Origin: Candidatus Latescibacterota bacterium | Lineage (GTDB): Bacteria > Latescibacterota > UBA2968 > UBA8231 | Direction of reading: 5' to 3' | Length of the DNA stretch: 64,000 nt | Assembly: GCA_965219385.1 (NCBI GenBank) | Contig: CBDCNM010000001.1 | Span: 422,631-486,630 of the forward strand | Shown: piece after piece, positions 47,448-56,562 of the stretch | Layout of the letters: every line of letters starts with the position of its first letter | Position numbering within the stretch: position 1 is the stretch's first letter | Position numbers and translations under genes: made by a program | Notes under the pieces: generated by a model | The model's database searches: none | Told to the model about the DNA's origin: nothing | What the model saw: only the letters and a program-made list of their open reading frames with translations

Positions 47448-49952
47448 ATGCTCGACACCGCTACCAAACGCCGCATTGACACGGCCCGCGACATCCTCGT
47501 CGGCAAGGTGCCCGATCCCAAAAGCCAGGTAGAGCAGATTACTATCGCGCTCATCTACAAGTTCATGGACGACATCGACGCCGAGAGCGAAGAGTTGGGC
47601 GGCCAGCGCCAGTTTTTCGCCGGCGACTTTGCCCGCTACGGCTGGCCCCAACTGGTGCGCGCCGGCCTGGGCGGCCACGAGACCTTGAACCTCTACGCCG
47701 AGGCCATCGCCCGGATGCCGGAAAACCCGGGCATCCCGCCGCTGTTCCGCGACATCTTCAACAACGCCTATCTGCCCTACCGCGACCCGGAGACCCTGCG
47801 CGCCTTCCTCAAGGTCATCGACGAGTTTAGCTATGATCACAGCGAGCGGCTGGGCGACGCCTTTGAGTATCTGCTCTCGGTCCTCGGCTCGCAGGGCGAC
47901 GCCGGGCAGTTCCGCACCCCGCGCCATATCATCGATTTCATCGTCGCCGTCATTGACCCGAAGAAAGACGAGGCCGTGCTCGACCCGGCCTGCGGCACCG
48001 CCGGGTTCCTGATTTCGTCCTACAAGCATATTCTCGAAGCTAATACCGACGACGAGGAGCACAGTACGCTCACGCCCGACGAAAAAGGAACACTCGCGGC
48101 CAACTTCAAAGGCTATGACATCTCGCCCGATATGGTGCGCCTGTCGCTGGTGAACCTGTATCTGCACGGCTTTGTCGAGCCGCATATCTCCGAATACGAC
48201 ACCCTGACCAGCGAGGAGCGCTGGAACGAGTATGCCGACGTGATTTTGGCCAATCCGCCGTTCATGTCGCCCAAGGGCGGCATCCGCCCGCACAGCCGCT
48301 TTTCGGTAAAATCCAAACGTAGCGAAGTGCTGTTCGTGGACTACATGGCCGAGCATCTGACGCCTACAGGGCGCGCCGGTATCATTGTGCCGGAGGGCAT
48401 TATCTTTCAGAGCCAGACCGCCTACAAACAGCTACGCAAGATGCTGGTGGAAAATTATCTGGTGGCCGTCATCTCGCTGCCGGCGGGCGTGTTCCAGCCT
48501 TATTCAGGGGTCAAGACGTCCGTTCTGCTGCTGGACAAGGCGCTGGCGCAAAAGACGGATCGCATTGCCTTTTTCAAGGTGGAAAACGACGGCTTTGACC
48601 TGGGGGCGCAGCGGCGGGAGATTGCGGAGAACGACTTGCCGCAGGTGAGGGAGGAGCTTGGCGAATATCTGGGGCGGCTGCGGGCGAGTGAATCGGTGCT
48701 GACAGATGGTGTGGCAGAACCTGGGGTGGATTACACGACCACGCTTGGGCTGATCGCCGAGAAGGAGAAGATTGCGGTGGGTGGGGAGTATAACCTGAGT
48801 GGGGAGCGGTATCGGACTGAACACTCCACTCAATCTGAGTGGCCTTCTGTGAGAGTGAGAGATGTATTCAAGAAGGCAGAGGAAACTGTATTACCGATGT
48901 CGCTCCGTGGTCCCGTGAACTACGTAGGGCTTGAAAATATCACACAGACCAGTGGCCAACTATCAGGGAATGTAGGGACCAATAATCCAGCAGAGATCAA
49001 GAGTTTGAAGAACGTCTTTTGTCCCGGAGACATCCTCTATGGAAAGCTACGGCCGAATCTCAACAAGGTCTGGCTTTCGGATCGGGAAGGAATCTGCTCG
49101 ACTGATATATTCGTCGTTCGATCCCTGGATGAACGTGTCTTGCCAACCTTGTACGCCTACATCTTTCGAAGTGGTCCATTTAATGATGCAGTCTTGGGCC
49201 AACTCAAAGGTGCACAGCTTCCGCGTATAGGTTGGCAGTCGTTTGCAAACCTTGAAATCCCCCTGCCGCCGCTGGAAGTGCAGCGGGAGATTGTGGCGGA
49301 GATTGAGGGGTATCAGAGGGTGATAGACGGGGCGCGGGCGGTGATTGACAACTACCGGCCGCAGATTGTGGTTGATCCTGAGTGGCCGATGGTGGCGATT
49401 GGCGAGGTTTGTAATCTTATCAATGGACGTGCTTTTAAGCCACAGGACTGGAAACGAGCTGACAGTGGTGGCCTCCCGATTGTACGAATTCAGAACCTAA
49501 ATGCGCCTGACAGTGATTTCAACTATTACACTGGTGAGGTAAAAGATCGGTACATTATCAACCAAGGACAGCTTCTATTCTCATGGTCTGGCTCGCGAGG
49601 AACATCTTTTGGAGCGCATATCTGGAATGGAAGAAAGGCCATACTGAATCAGCATATTTTCAAGGTCGAATTTGATCAAATTCGGGCAACTAAAATGTAC
49701 TTGCTCTACGCACTGAACAGAGCGGTCGCCGAAGTTGAACAGAATCTTCATGGTGGAGTCGGTCTTGTCCACATCACAAAAGGAAATTTGGAGAAGATAC
49801 AAATACCCCTCCCGTCACTGGTAACCCAGCAAGCCATCGTCGCCGAAATCGAAGCCGAGCAGTCTCTTGTCGCCGCTAATCGGGAGTTGGTGGAGCGGAT
49901 GGAGGGGAAGATTCGGGCGGCGATTGGGCGGGTGTGGGGCGAGAAATTGTAA
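47448..49952 (+). CDS. hsdM: Type I N6-methyltransferase fused to a specificity subunit (HsdM-HsdS)
   Basis: GQFRTP, DPACGTAGF, NPPF; then two TRDs each followed by IPLP.L..Q..IVAEIE. Confidence 0.9.
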   Translation: MLDTATKRRIDTARDILVGKVPDPKSQVEQITIALIYKFMDDIDAESEELGGQRQFFAGDFARYGWPQLVRAGLGGHETLNLYAEAIARMPENPGIPPLFRDIFNNAYLPYRDPETLRAFLKVIDEFSYDHSERLGDAFEYLLSVLGSQGDAGQFRTPRHIIDFIVAVIDPKKDEAVLDPACGTAGFLISSYKHILEANTDDEEHSTLTPDEKGTLAANFKGYDISPDMVRLSLVNLYLHGFVEPHISEYDTLTSEERWNEYADVILANPPFMSPKGGIRPHSRFSVKSKRSEVLFVDYMAEHLTPTGRAGIIVPEGIIFQSQTAYKQLRKMLVENYLVAVISLPAGVFQPYSGVKTSVLLLDKALAQKTDRIAFFKVENDGFDLGAQRREIAENDLPQVREELGEYLGRLRASESVLTDGVAEPGVDYTTTLGLIAEKEKIAVGGEYNLSGERYRTEHSTQSEWPSVRVRDVFKKAEETVLPMSLRGPVNYVGLENITQTSGQLSGNVGTNNPAEIKSLKNVFCPGDILYGKLRPNLNKVWLSDREGICSTDIFVVRSLDERVLPTLYAYIFRSGPFNDAVLGQLKGAQLPRIGWQSFANLEIPLPPLEVQREIVAEIEGYQRVIDGARAVIDNYRPQIVVDPEWPMVAIGEVCNLINGRAFKPQDWKRADSGGLPIVRIQNLNAPDSDFNYYTGEVKDRYIINQGQLLFSWSGSRGTSFGAHIWNGRKAILNQHIFKVEFDQIRATKMYLLYALNRAVAEVEQNLHGGVGLVHITKGNLEKIQIPLPSLVTQQAIVAEIEAEQSLVAANRELVERMEGKIRAAIGRVWGEKL

Positions 49953-49965
49953 AGAGGATAGATTA

Positions 49966-50826
49966 ATGAACGAAAACGCACAATATGAAGTAGCACTATC
50001 CTTCGCTGGCGAACAGCGTGAATACGTTGAAGAGGTGGCGCGATTACTCCAGAACCGGGGCGTCTCCGTATTCTACGACGAATTCGCTGCCGACTGGCTT
50101 TGGGGAAAGAATCTCGCGGAAGAATTTCAGGACGTATTCGAGAACAGGGCCGACTATGTAGTGATGTTCATTTCTGAGGCGTACGTAGAAAAGGCTTGGC
50201 CGAACCATGAGAGACAGTCAATCCTGAGTCGTGCTGTGCAGAATAAAGGCGAGTATATTTTGCCGGTGCGCTTTGACGACACGCATGTTCCCGGTTTGCC
50301 GACTGCCATCAAGTACGAACAAGCCTGTGATCATACGCCGGCCGAACTTGCGGTAATGATCGCCGAAAAACTTGGAATCAAGCGTTTTGAGGGCAAGGCT
50401 TCGGATGTGCCACCCCCGCGGATGACGTCACTGACCGGAGAAGCCGTGTTCGATTACAGTAGCCACAATGGGCGCTACGTTATCGGTCGTGGGAAGCTTG
50501 AATTTGAAACCGACTGGAGTAAAGCGAGCGACATGGAGATCCATATTTACAACGATCCTCCTTCAATCAACGGCGTCGCGCTGACCCGAGGATACACATC
50601 CATCGCACAGGTACTGAACGCTGAGTCGTTGGACTATACGTCACGCGCCCGGACCCCCAAATGCGGAGAGATCGTCGTATTGCGGAACGTAAATGGCTTC
50701 TATGCCGCCGTGCATGTGCTGGAGATCAAGGACGACAAGCGAAGTGACGACAAGGATGAACTCCGATTCCGCTATGTTATTCAGGCAGATGGCTCAGACG
50801 GGTTCATGGAATTCAGCGACGTATAA
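49966..50826 (+). CDS. TIR domain protein with an uncharacterised C-terminal beta domain
   Basis: VALSFAGEQR.YVE.VA, VFYD, FIS..Y..K.WPNHE (catalytic Glu), ILPVRFD. Confidence 0.88.
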   Translation: MNENAQYEVALSFAGEQREYVEEVARLLQNRGVSVFYDEFAADWLWGKNLAEEFQDVFENRADYVVMFISEAYVEKAWPNHERQSILSRAVQNKGEYILPVRFDDTHVPGLPTAIKYEQACDHTPAELAVMIAEKLGIKRFEGKASDVPPPRMTSLTGEAVFDYSSHNGRYVIGRGKLEFETDWSKASDMEIHIYNDPPSINGVALTRGYTSIAQVLNAESLDYTSRARTPKCGEIVVLRNVNGFYAAVHVLEIKDDKRSDDKDELRFRYVIQADGSDGFMEFSDV

Positions 50827-50932
50827 AGGTCTGAGCTGTGTTTCCAACTGCTGCCGTTGATCCCGAGCAGTATCCAACCACCGTTGAGTCCTTCAATCGC
50901 CTAGAGAGATTGGTCAATCAGGAGAGAATCCT

Positions 50933-51103
50933 ATGGTAACGGTTACTTTTGAGCTGCCAGAAGATGTGCTTTCGTCGGTGCGGAAAGATCCCGAGCGTTT
51001 CACCCAAGAGTTGCGTTTGGCTGCCGCTGTGAAATGGTACGAGATGGGGATAGTTTCCCAAAGCCGAGCAGGATTTTGGCGGCACACCTCAACTCGTTCT
51101 TGA
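50933..51103 (+). pseudogene. Truncated UPF0175 family antitoxin
   Basis: MVTVTFELPEDV...ELRLAAAVKWYEMGIVSQSRA, then unrelated sequence and a stop at 56 aa. Confidence 0.7.
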
Positions 51104-51209
51104 ATGGGCGGATATAGAAAAACGTGTCGTTTTTCCTTCACCCCATATCGTAAAATCCTTATTTCTCAATCCACGACTCCCTGATGACACATTTGATAAA
51201 TCTCGCCCT

Positions 51210-51737
51210 TTGTATGGATCACTTATTGATAACTTCCATGATAATGAAAACTACTCTCAAGAGGTTATTTTCTATACTTGGCAGATGGCTTTCCTCAAAT
51301 CTTTCGGCCTACGGCTGTTTAATGACAGTGGGGTAGTCGGGAAAAGGGTCCGCTTCGTCGGCTCAGTGACCAAAGACAGCGCAGTTATCGTCCTAGATAG
51401 GACCAATCGACCAACGCGTCCATATCGCAACAAAATGGAAGGAATGACAGACCTTACATTTGCACAACAACTTCGGAGCGATCCCGATCCCTGCGTACGA
51501 GAGCTTGATGACAGGTGGGAAATTACTATCGACTTCGGCGATGTTCGCCCTCGCGAAAAAATCTGGACGACCAGCTCGCTGCTCATCGGGTCAAGAAACG
51601 GAATCACAAGACTGGAGGGCGAGCTACAGGGCGACAACATACCAGAGCCTATTCCATGTGCACTCGAAGTTAGCTTTGAGGTCGGGCAAAGGCCAATGGA
51701 GAGGCTGGACGTCGAACCATACTTGGATGATCGGTAA
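51210..51737 (+). CDS. Hypothetical protein, probably the C-terminal fragment of a larger gene
   Basis: 175 aa open frame with a weak TTG start and no RBS. Confidence 0.45.
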   Translation: MYGSLIDNFHDNENYSQEVIFYTWQMAFLKSFGLRLFNDSGVVGKRVRFVGSVTKDSAVIVLDRTNRPTRPYRNKMEGMTDLTFAQQLRSDPDPCVRELDDRWEITIDFGDVRPREKIWTTSSLLIGSRNGITRLEGELQGDNIPEPIPCALEVSFEVGQRPMERLDVEPYLDDR

Positions 51738-51746
51738 GAAGTCATG

Positions 51747-52019
51747 ATGACCAGACAGTGGACAGCAATTATTGAACGCGAAGGCGATGGCTATGTCGCC
51801 CTCTGCCCTGAGTTGGACATCGCTAGTCAGGGCGTAACCGTGGCTGAGGGTCGGGAGAATTTGAAGGAGGCATTGGAGTTGTTTTTCGAGGCGGCTTCAG
51901 CCGCCGAGATTGAGCATCGGTTGCACGAGGAAGTGTACGTAACGCAGGTGGAGGTCGCGTTTGGCTGCCGCTGTAAATCCGTATCTCGAATCGTTCAGTC
52001 ATTCAATTGCTATAGTTAG
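51747..52019 (+). CDS. hicB: HicB family antitoxin (orphan; C-terminus extended by a junction)
   Basis: TAIIEREGDGYVALCPELDIASQG.T..E...NLKEALEL. Confidence 0.85.
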   Translation: MTRQWTAIIEREGDGYVALCPELDIASQGVTVAEGRENLKEALELFFEAASAAEIEHRLHEEVYVTQVEVAFGCRCKSVSRIVQSFNCYS

Positions 52020-52025
52020 ACAACC

Positions 52026-52274
52026 ATGAACTGGCCTGCGTGGTGGGATTGGGAGTTGGAGTTGTCGTCCCATCTGGAAAAGCGTATGCTCCAGCGCGAT
52101 TTTAGTGAGATTGACCTACGCATTATGCTGGACCGAGCCACTGGGTATCACCCTGATTTTATAGAGGGACGCTGGATTATTGAAACGCATCATAGTCATC
52201 GCGCTTGGGAGATTGTTGTTGAACCGGATTTTTTGGAAAGGTCATTGGTTGTTATAACTGCTTACCCCCTTTGA
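52026..52274 (+). CDS. DUF4258-like putative toxin
   Basis: SSHLEKRMLQR, C-terminal LVVITAY. Confidence 0.75.
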   Translation: MNWPAWWDWELELSSHLEKRMLQRDFSEIDLRIMLDRATGYHPDFIEGRWIIETHHSHRAWEIVVEPDFLERSLVVITAYPL

Positions 52275-52284
52275 GGAGCTAATC

Positions 52285-52554
52285 ATGCGAGAACATTATT
52301 TGGAAATTACCTACCGTAAAGGAAAGCCGTTAGCTGCATACCTATACTTATCGAGTGCTTCGGGTGTGAGAAGTGTACGAACAGAGCCGAGAGATGCAGG
52401 TTTATTAGTGGATTTTGGCCCTGAAGGTCAACCCATTGGTTTAGAAATCACGGCACCAGAGCAGATGACGGCGGCTCAGATCAACGAGGTTTTACGCAGC
52501 CTTGATCTTTCTCCTATGAAAGAGGCGGACTTATCGCCGCTTGAGGCCGTGTGA
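52285..52554 (+). CDS. DUF2283-like putative antitoxin
   Basis: AAYLYL, LLVDF...G.PIGLEI. Confidence 0.78.
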   Translation: MREHYLEITYRKGKPLAAYLYLSSASGVRSVRTEPRDAGLLVDFGPEGQPIGLEITAPEQMTAAQINEVLRSLDLSPMKEADLSPLEAV

Positions 52555-52650
52555 TACTTTATGATCCGCAGATGGACGCAGAATGGTAGAAACAAGACGA
52601 TCCGCATCTCGAGTCGTTCAGTCATTCAGGATTGCTGATATAAGCGAGGA

Positions 52651-53703
52651 GTGAAAGCCATGTTGAAACGCCTGCAGATACGGAATTTTCGCGGCTTCAA
52701 CGCGCTCGAAATCGACCAATTGAGCAGCATTAACCTCATTGCCGGCAAAAATAATTCCGGCAAGACCAGTTTACTTGAGGCAATTTTTCTGCTCGCTGGA
52801 GCCGGAAACGCGCAAATGGCAATAAGTGCCAATGCTATCCGCGGCTTGGAACCAAACCGCGTTCCGGCAGGTGATCCCTTCTGGAAACAGTTCTTCTCCG
52901 ACCTAGACATGGGGCGGTCCATTGAGATTGAAGGGGATCATATATCGCATGGTCGATTGGCGTTGGAAATCTCATCGGTGCGACAGCTCACTACTGAGAC
53001 TCCTACTGATTATATTGGCGAAATTTCGGGGACAAACGTTTTTGACGAACGTTCTCTTATATTTCAGTATAGCGATCCTTCAGGTAAACCAGTTAAAAGC
53101 CATATACGTATGAAGGGACAGCATGTTGAGGTCAATCCGATTGCTACGAACGTCCCATTTAAGGTGATAATTCTCTCGTCTCAAACCAGGAATAGCTCTG
53201 ATGATGCCACAAGGCTGGCAATATTAAGACGACAGAAACAGGGCGATCTGCTCTTAAAAGCACTACAGGTCATCGAGCCGAGACTGCAAAGCATCGAGGA
53301 CAATTCCTCCAGTGGCACACCCATGATCTGGGGGGATATCGGGTTGTCCGAACTGGTGCCGATGCCAGTAATGGGCGAAGGCATGACCCAAATCGCCCGG
53401 CTTGTTTTGGCCATAGCTTCCGCACCGGATGGCGTCGTTTTGGTAGATGAGGTTGAAAACGGCATTCACCACTCCGTACTGCCCGATGTCTGGCGGGCCA
53501 TTGATGAAGCGGCCAAGCAGTTCCGCACGCAGATATTTGCGACCACGCATAGTTTTGAATGTATAGAAGCGGCGCATCGCGCTCTTGGCTCTGACGGCTT
53601 TCTCCTGCACCGGCTCGAAGCCAGCGACGCGGAGAATCGCTGTGTTACCTTTAAGCCAAATGGAATCAGTGCCGCGATTCGACACGGGCTTGAGGTGCGC
53701 TAG
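52651..53703 (+). CDS. ABC-type AAA ATPase (AAA_15/AAA_21-like)
   Basis: I.NFRGF, GKNNSGKT, GEG, VDEVENGIH, TTHS. Confidence 0.9.
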   Translation: MKAMLKRLQIRNFRGFNALEIDQLSSINLIAGKNNSGKTSLLEAIFLLAGAGNAQMAISANAIRGLEPNRVPAGDPFWKQFFSDLDMGRSIEIEGDHISHGRLALEISSVRQLTTETPTDYIGEISGTNVFDERSLIFQYSDPSGKPVKSHIRMKGQHVEVNPIATNVPFKVIILSSQTRNSSDDATRLAILRRQKQGDLLLKALQVIEPRLQSIEDNSSSGTPMIWGDIGLSELVPMPVMGEGMTQIARLVLAIASAPDGVVLVDEVENGIHHSVLPDVWRAIDEAAKQFRTQIFATTHSFECIEAAHRALGSDGFLLHRLEASDAENRCVTFKPNGISAAIRHGLEVR

Positions 53704-53705
53704 GG

Positions 53706-54332
53706 ATGCCAAAACCAACAGAAATCAAATCGGCAATCCAGCTTCTCGTCGAGGGCAATGATCAGCGCAATTTCTTTGAGGAATTCACTAGTCATCTCTC
53801 GATTGCCAATGTCCAGATTCAGAACTTTGGCGGCGTCAACCAACTACGCGATTTCCTGGAAGGGATCATGAGCGCGACCGGGTTTCGTGAGACCGTCCAG
53901 AGTCTCGGCATCGTTCGGGATGCGGAAGCGTCCGCCGGAGGGGCGTTCCAAAGCGTTCAGTCCTCACTGAGGAATGCCGCACTGCCTGTGCCGGACAGCC
54001 CCGCAGAACGCACTGACACCAGCCCGGCGGTGGCGGTGCTGATACTACCCGGCGATAATCGCCAGGGTATGCTTGAGACGCTACTGTGCGAGAGCTTTGC
54101 GAATACCTCGGCGGATCGCTGCATTGACGACTTTTTCAAGTGTGTCGAATCTTTGCCGGACGTGTCCTTCGAGAGATCAGACAAGGCCCGTGCCCATGCC
54201 TATATCACAACAAAACCCGAGCCTCATCTTTCCGTAGGCGTGGCAGCAAAGAATGACTACTGGGATTTGAAGCACAGCGTTTTCAGTACTGTCCGCGATT
54301 TTCTACAAATGATAGCTACAACTACTCCGTGA
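53706..54332 (+). CDS. DUF3226-like TOPRIM-related protein
   Basis: LLVEGND, GIVRDA, GMLETL; 2 nt after the ATPase stop. Confidence 0.75.
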   Translation: MPKPTEIKSAIQLLVEGNDQRNFFEEFTSHLSIANVQIQNFGGVNQLRDFLEGIMSATGFRETVQSLGIVRDAEASAGGAFQSVQSSLRNAALPVPDSPAERTDTSPAVAVLILPGDNRQGMLETLLCESFANTSADRCIDDFFKCVESLPDVSFERSDKARAHAYITTKPEPHLSVGVAAKNDYWDLKHSVFSTVRDFLQMIATTTP

Positions 54333-54584
54333 GCGACCACAGGAGGGATGAAATCAGCCGGAAGCTCCGCTGAGCGAACGATCAAGGGACCAAAGGCTGA
54401 AAATTCGGCGCTTTTACAGGTCTAAATTTATTTGAAATGCCATTAGAGTCCATACGAAAATTCCCATCTGGGCTTCGAGCAGGGTGACCGGGGCGGCGGG
54501 GTGGCGACCCACGCCCCTTCTCGCTGGCGCTCGGGCTGCGGAGCGAATTTTCGTACCGGCAAATCCTGGAAAGGAAAAATCCCC

Positions 54585-55796
54585 ATGGCCAAAATCAAAG
54601 CAATCCGCTGCATCCGCACCCGCGCTAATGGCGTCTGGCTCATCGTCAAAGTCATCACCGATCAGCCCGGCCTCTACGGCATTGGCTCGGCCAGTGATTA
54701 CTACCATGCCTCCACCGTGAAAAACGCCATAGAGATTATGACCCCGCGCCTCATCGGCCGGGACGCCAGCCACATCGAGGATATCTGGCAGAGCACCTAC
54801 ACCAGTGCCTACTGGCGCAATGGCTCCATCCTGAACACCGCCCTGGCCGGCATCGACATGGCCCTGTGGGATATCAAGGGCAAGGAGGCAGGTATGCCGC
54901 TCTACCAGCTCCTGGGCGGGCCCTGTCGCAGTGCCGTGCCCTGCTACGCTCATGCGGGAGGGGGGGATTTTTCCTCGGTGGTTGAAGATGTACAGCGCTA
55001 TATCGAAGAAGGGTATCCCGTCATTCGCTGCCAGCTGGGCGGGTACGGCGGCGGTGGATTCATCGAGCCCGATCGAGCGCGGCGCCCGACCAACGCCTGG
55101 CCCCAGGACTCGGTTTTTGACGACGTAGCCCTGGTGGAGACCATCCCCAAATTGTTCGAGCATCTGCGCGAAAAACTGGGGTTTGGTCCCAAGCTCACCC
55201 ACGATGTCCACGAACACTTGCGGCCCCAGAGCGCCGTGACCCTCTCCAAGCTCCTGGAACCCTACCGTCTCTACTTCCTGGAAGACGTGCTTCCCCCTGA
55301 ACAAATCGAGTGGTTCCGCTTGATCCGGGAGCAATCTACCACTCCCCAGGCCATGGGCGAACTGTTCGTCAACCCGCACGAATACGTGCCTTTGATCACC
55401 CGGCGTCTGATCGACTATGTCCGGATCCGGGTCTCCAAAGCGGGCGGCATCACCCCCTGCCGCAAAATCGCCGCTCTGTGCGAGTACTTCGGAGTGGAGA
55501 CGGCCTGGCAGGAGGGGGCCGACAACGACCCGGTAAACCAGGCCGCGGCCATGCACCTGGACTTGATGAGTCCCAGCTTTGGCATCCAGGAAGAAAACCA
55601 CTTCGACCAGCAAGAACGGGATGTCTTCCCTGGTCATGCGCGCCTGGAGGGAGGGTATCTCTATCCCAACGATCAGCCTGGTCTGGGGCTGGATATCGAC
55701 GAAGAAAAAGCCGCTACCCTGCTCCAGGCAGACCGGTTGTCACCCACCTATACGGCGGAGGACCGCAAAGCAGACGGGTCGGTCGTGCGTCCTTGA
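54585..55796 (+). CDS. Enolase superfamily dehydratase (RspA/mannonate dehydratase-like)
   Basis: YWRNG, DMALWDIKGK, HDVHE, LED, GEL, IQE. Confidence 0.88.
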   Translation: MAKIKAIRCIRTRANGVWLIVKVITDQPGLYGIGSASDYYHASTVKNAIEIMTPRLIGRDASHIEDIWQSTYTSAYWRNGSILNTALAGIDMALWDIKGKEAGMPLYQLLGGPCRSAVPCYAHAGGGDFSSVVEDVQRYIEEGYPVIRCQLGGYGGGGFIEPDRARRPTNAWPQDSVFDDVALVETIPKLFEHLREKLGFGPKLTHDVHEHLRPQSAVTLSKLLEPYRLYFLEDVLPPEQIEWFRLIREQSTTPQAMGELFVNPHEYVPLITRRLIDYVRIRVSKAGGITPCRKIAALCEYFGVETAWQEGADNDPVNQAAAMHLDLMSPSFGIQEENHFDQQERDVFPGHARLEGGYLYPNDQPGLGLDIDEEKAATLLQADRLSPTYTAEDRKADGSVVRP

Positions 55797-55807
55797 TTTA
55801 GACCCCC

Positions 55808-56542
55808 TCAATCCATAAACAGCCCGCCGTTCACGTCGATGATCTCGCCGGTGATGTGGCGCGAGTCCTCCGAGGCCAGGAAGAGGGCGCAGTTGGCCAC
55901 GTCCTCGGGCTGGCCCTTTTCGCCCAGGGGGATCTGGTCGATGAGGTGGGCGTGCTGGGGGCCCCGGGTCATGGCCGTGTCGATGACCCCCGGGGCGATG
56001 CCGTTGACCCGTACGCGGTAGGGGGCACAGGCGCGGGCCAGGCCGATGAGCATGCTCAGGATCCCGGCCTTGGCCGCGGTGTAGGGCGGCCCCACGGCCA
56101 GGCCGCCGGCTTTGGCCGCCAGGGAGGTCATGCTGATGATGGTGCCGGTGCGGCGTTCCTTCATGTGCGCCACGACCGCCTGCATGCACAGGAAGGTGCC
56201 CTTGAGATTGATATCTATGGTGCGGTGCCACAGCTCTTCGCTGCAGTCCTCAAAGGTGCAAAAAGCCACGTAACCGGCGTTGTTGACCAGGATGTCGAGG
56301 TGCCCGAAGCGCTCCAGGACCTGGGCGAAGCCGGCCTGGACCTGGGCCTTGGAGGACACGTCCATTTCCAGGGCCAGGCTCTCGGTGGGCAGGGCAGCGT
56401 CTGTTTCCCGGGCGGTATTCAGGTCGATATCCGCCACGGCAACTCGGGCGCCCTCGCGGGCGAAGGTCTTGCAGATGGCTTCGCCTATGCCGCGGCCCCC
56501 GCCGGTGACCAGGGCTGTTTTGTTGGCTAGTTTCCCTTCCAT
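55808..56542 (-). CDS. Short-chain dehydrogenase/reductase (FabG-like)
   Basis: TGGGRGIG, NNAG, YTAAK. Confidence 0.9.
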   Translation of the reverse strand: MEGKLANKTALVTGGGRGIGEAICKTFAREGARVAVADIDLNTARETDAALPTESLALEMDVSSKAQVQAGFAQVLERFGHLDILVNNAGYVAFCTFEDCSEELWHRTIDINLKGTFLCMQAVVAHMKERRTGTIISMTSLAAKAGGLAVGPPYTAAKAGILSMLIGLARACAPYRVRVNGIAPGVIDTAMTRGPQHAHLIDQIPLGEKGQPEDVANCALFLASEDSRHITGEIIDVNGGLFMD

Positions 56543-56562
56543 AGTTAATTCTCCTTTTCAGG

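Larger units (their letters stand above)
51977..52628. repeat. 29-bp direct repeats (2 mismatches) flanking a TA module
   Basis: ATCCGYATCTCGARTCGTTCAGTCATTCA at 51977 and 52600. Confidence 0.85.

Noticed and set aside
43094..54584. Defence island as a discrete integrative element
   Set aside because: No integrase, tRNA or flanking att direct repeats were seen.
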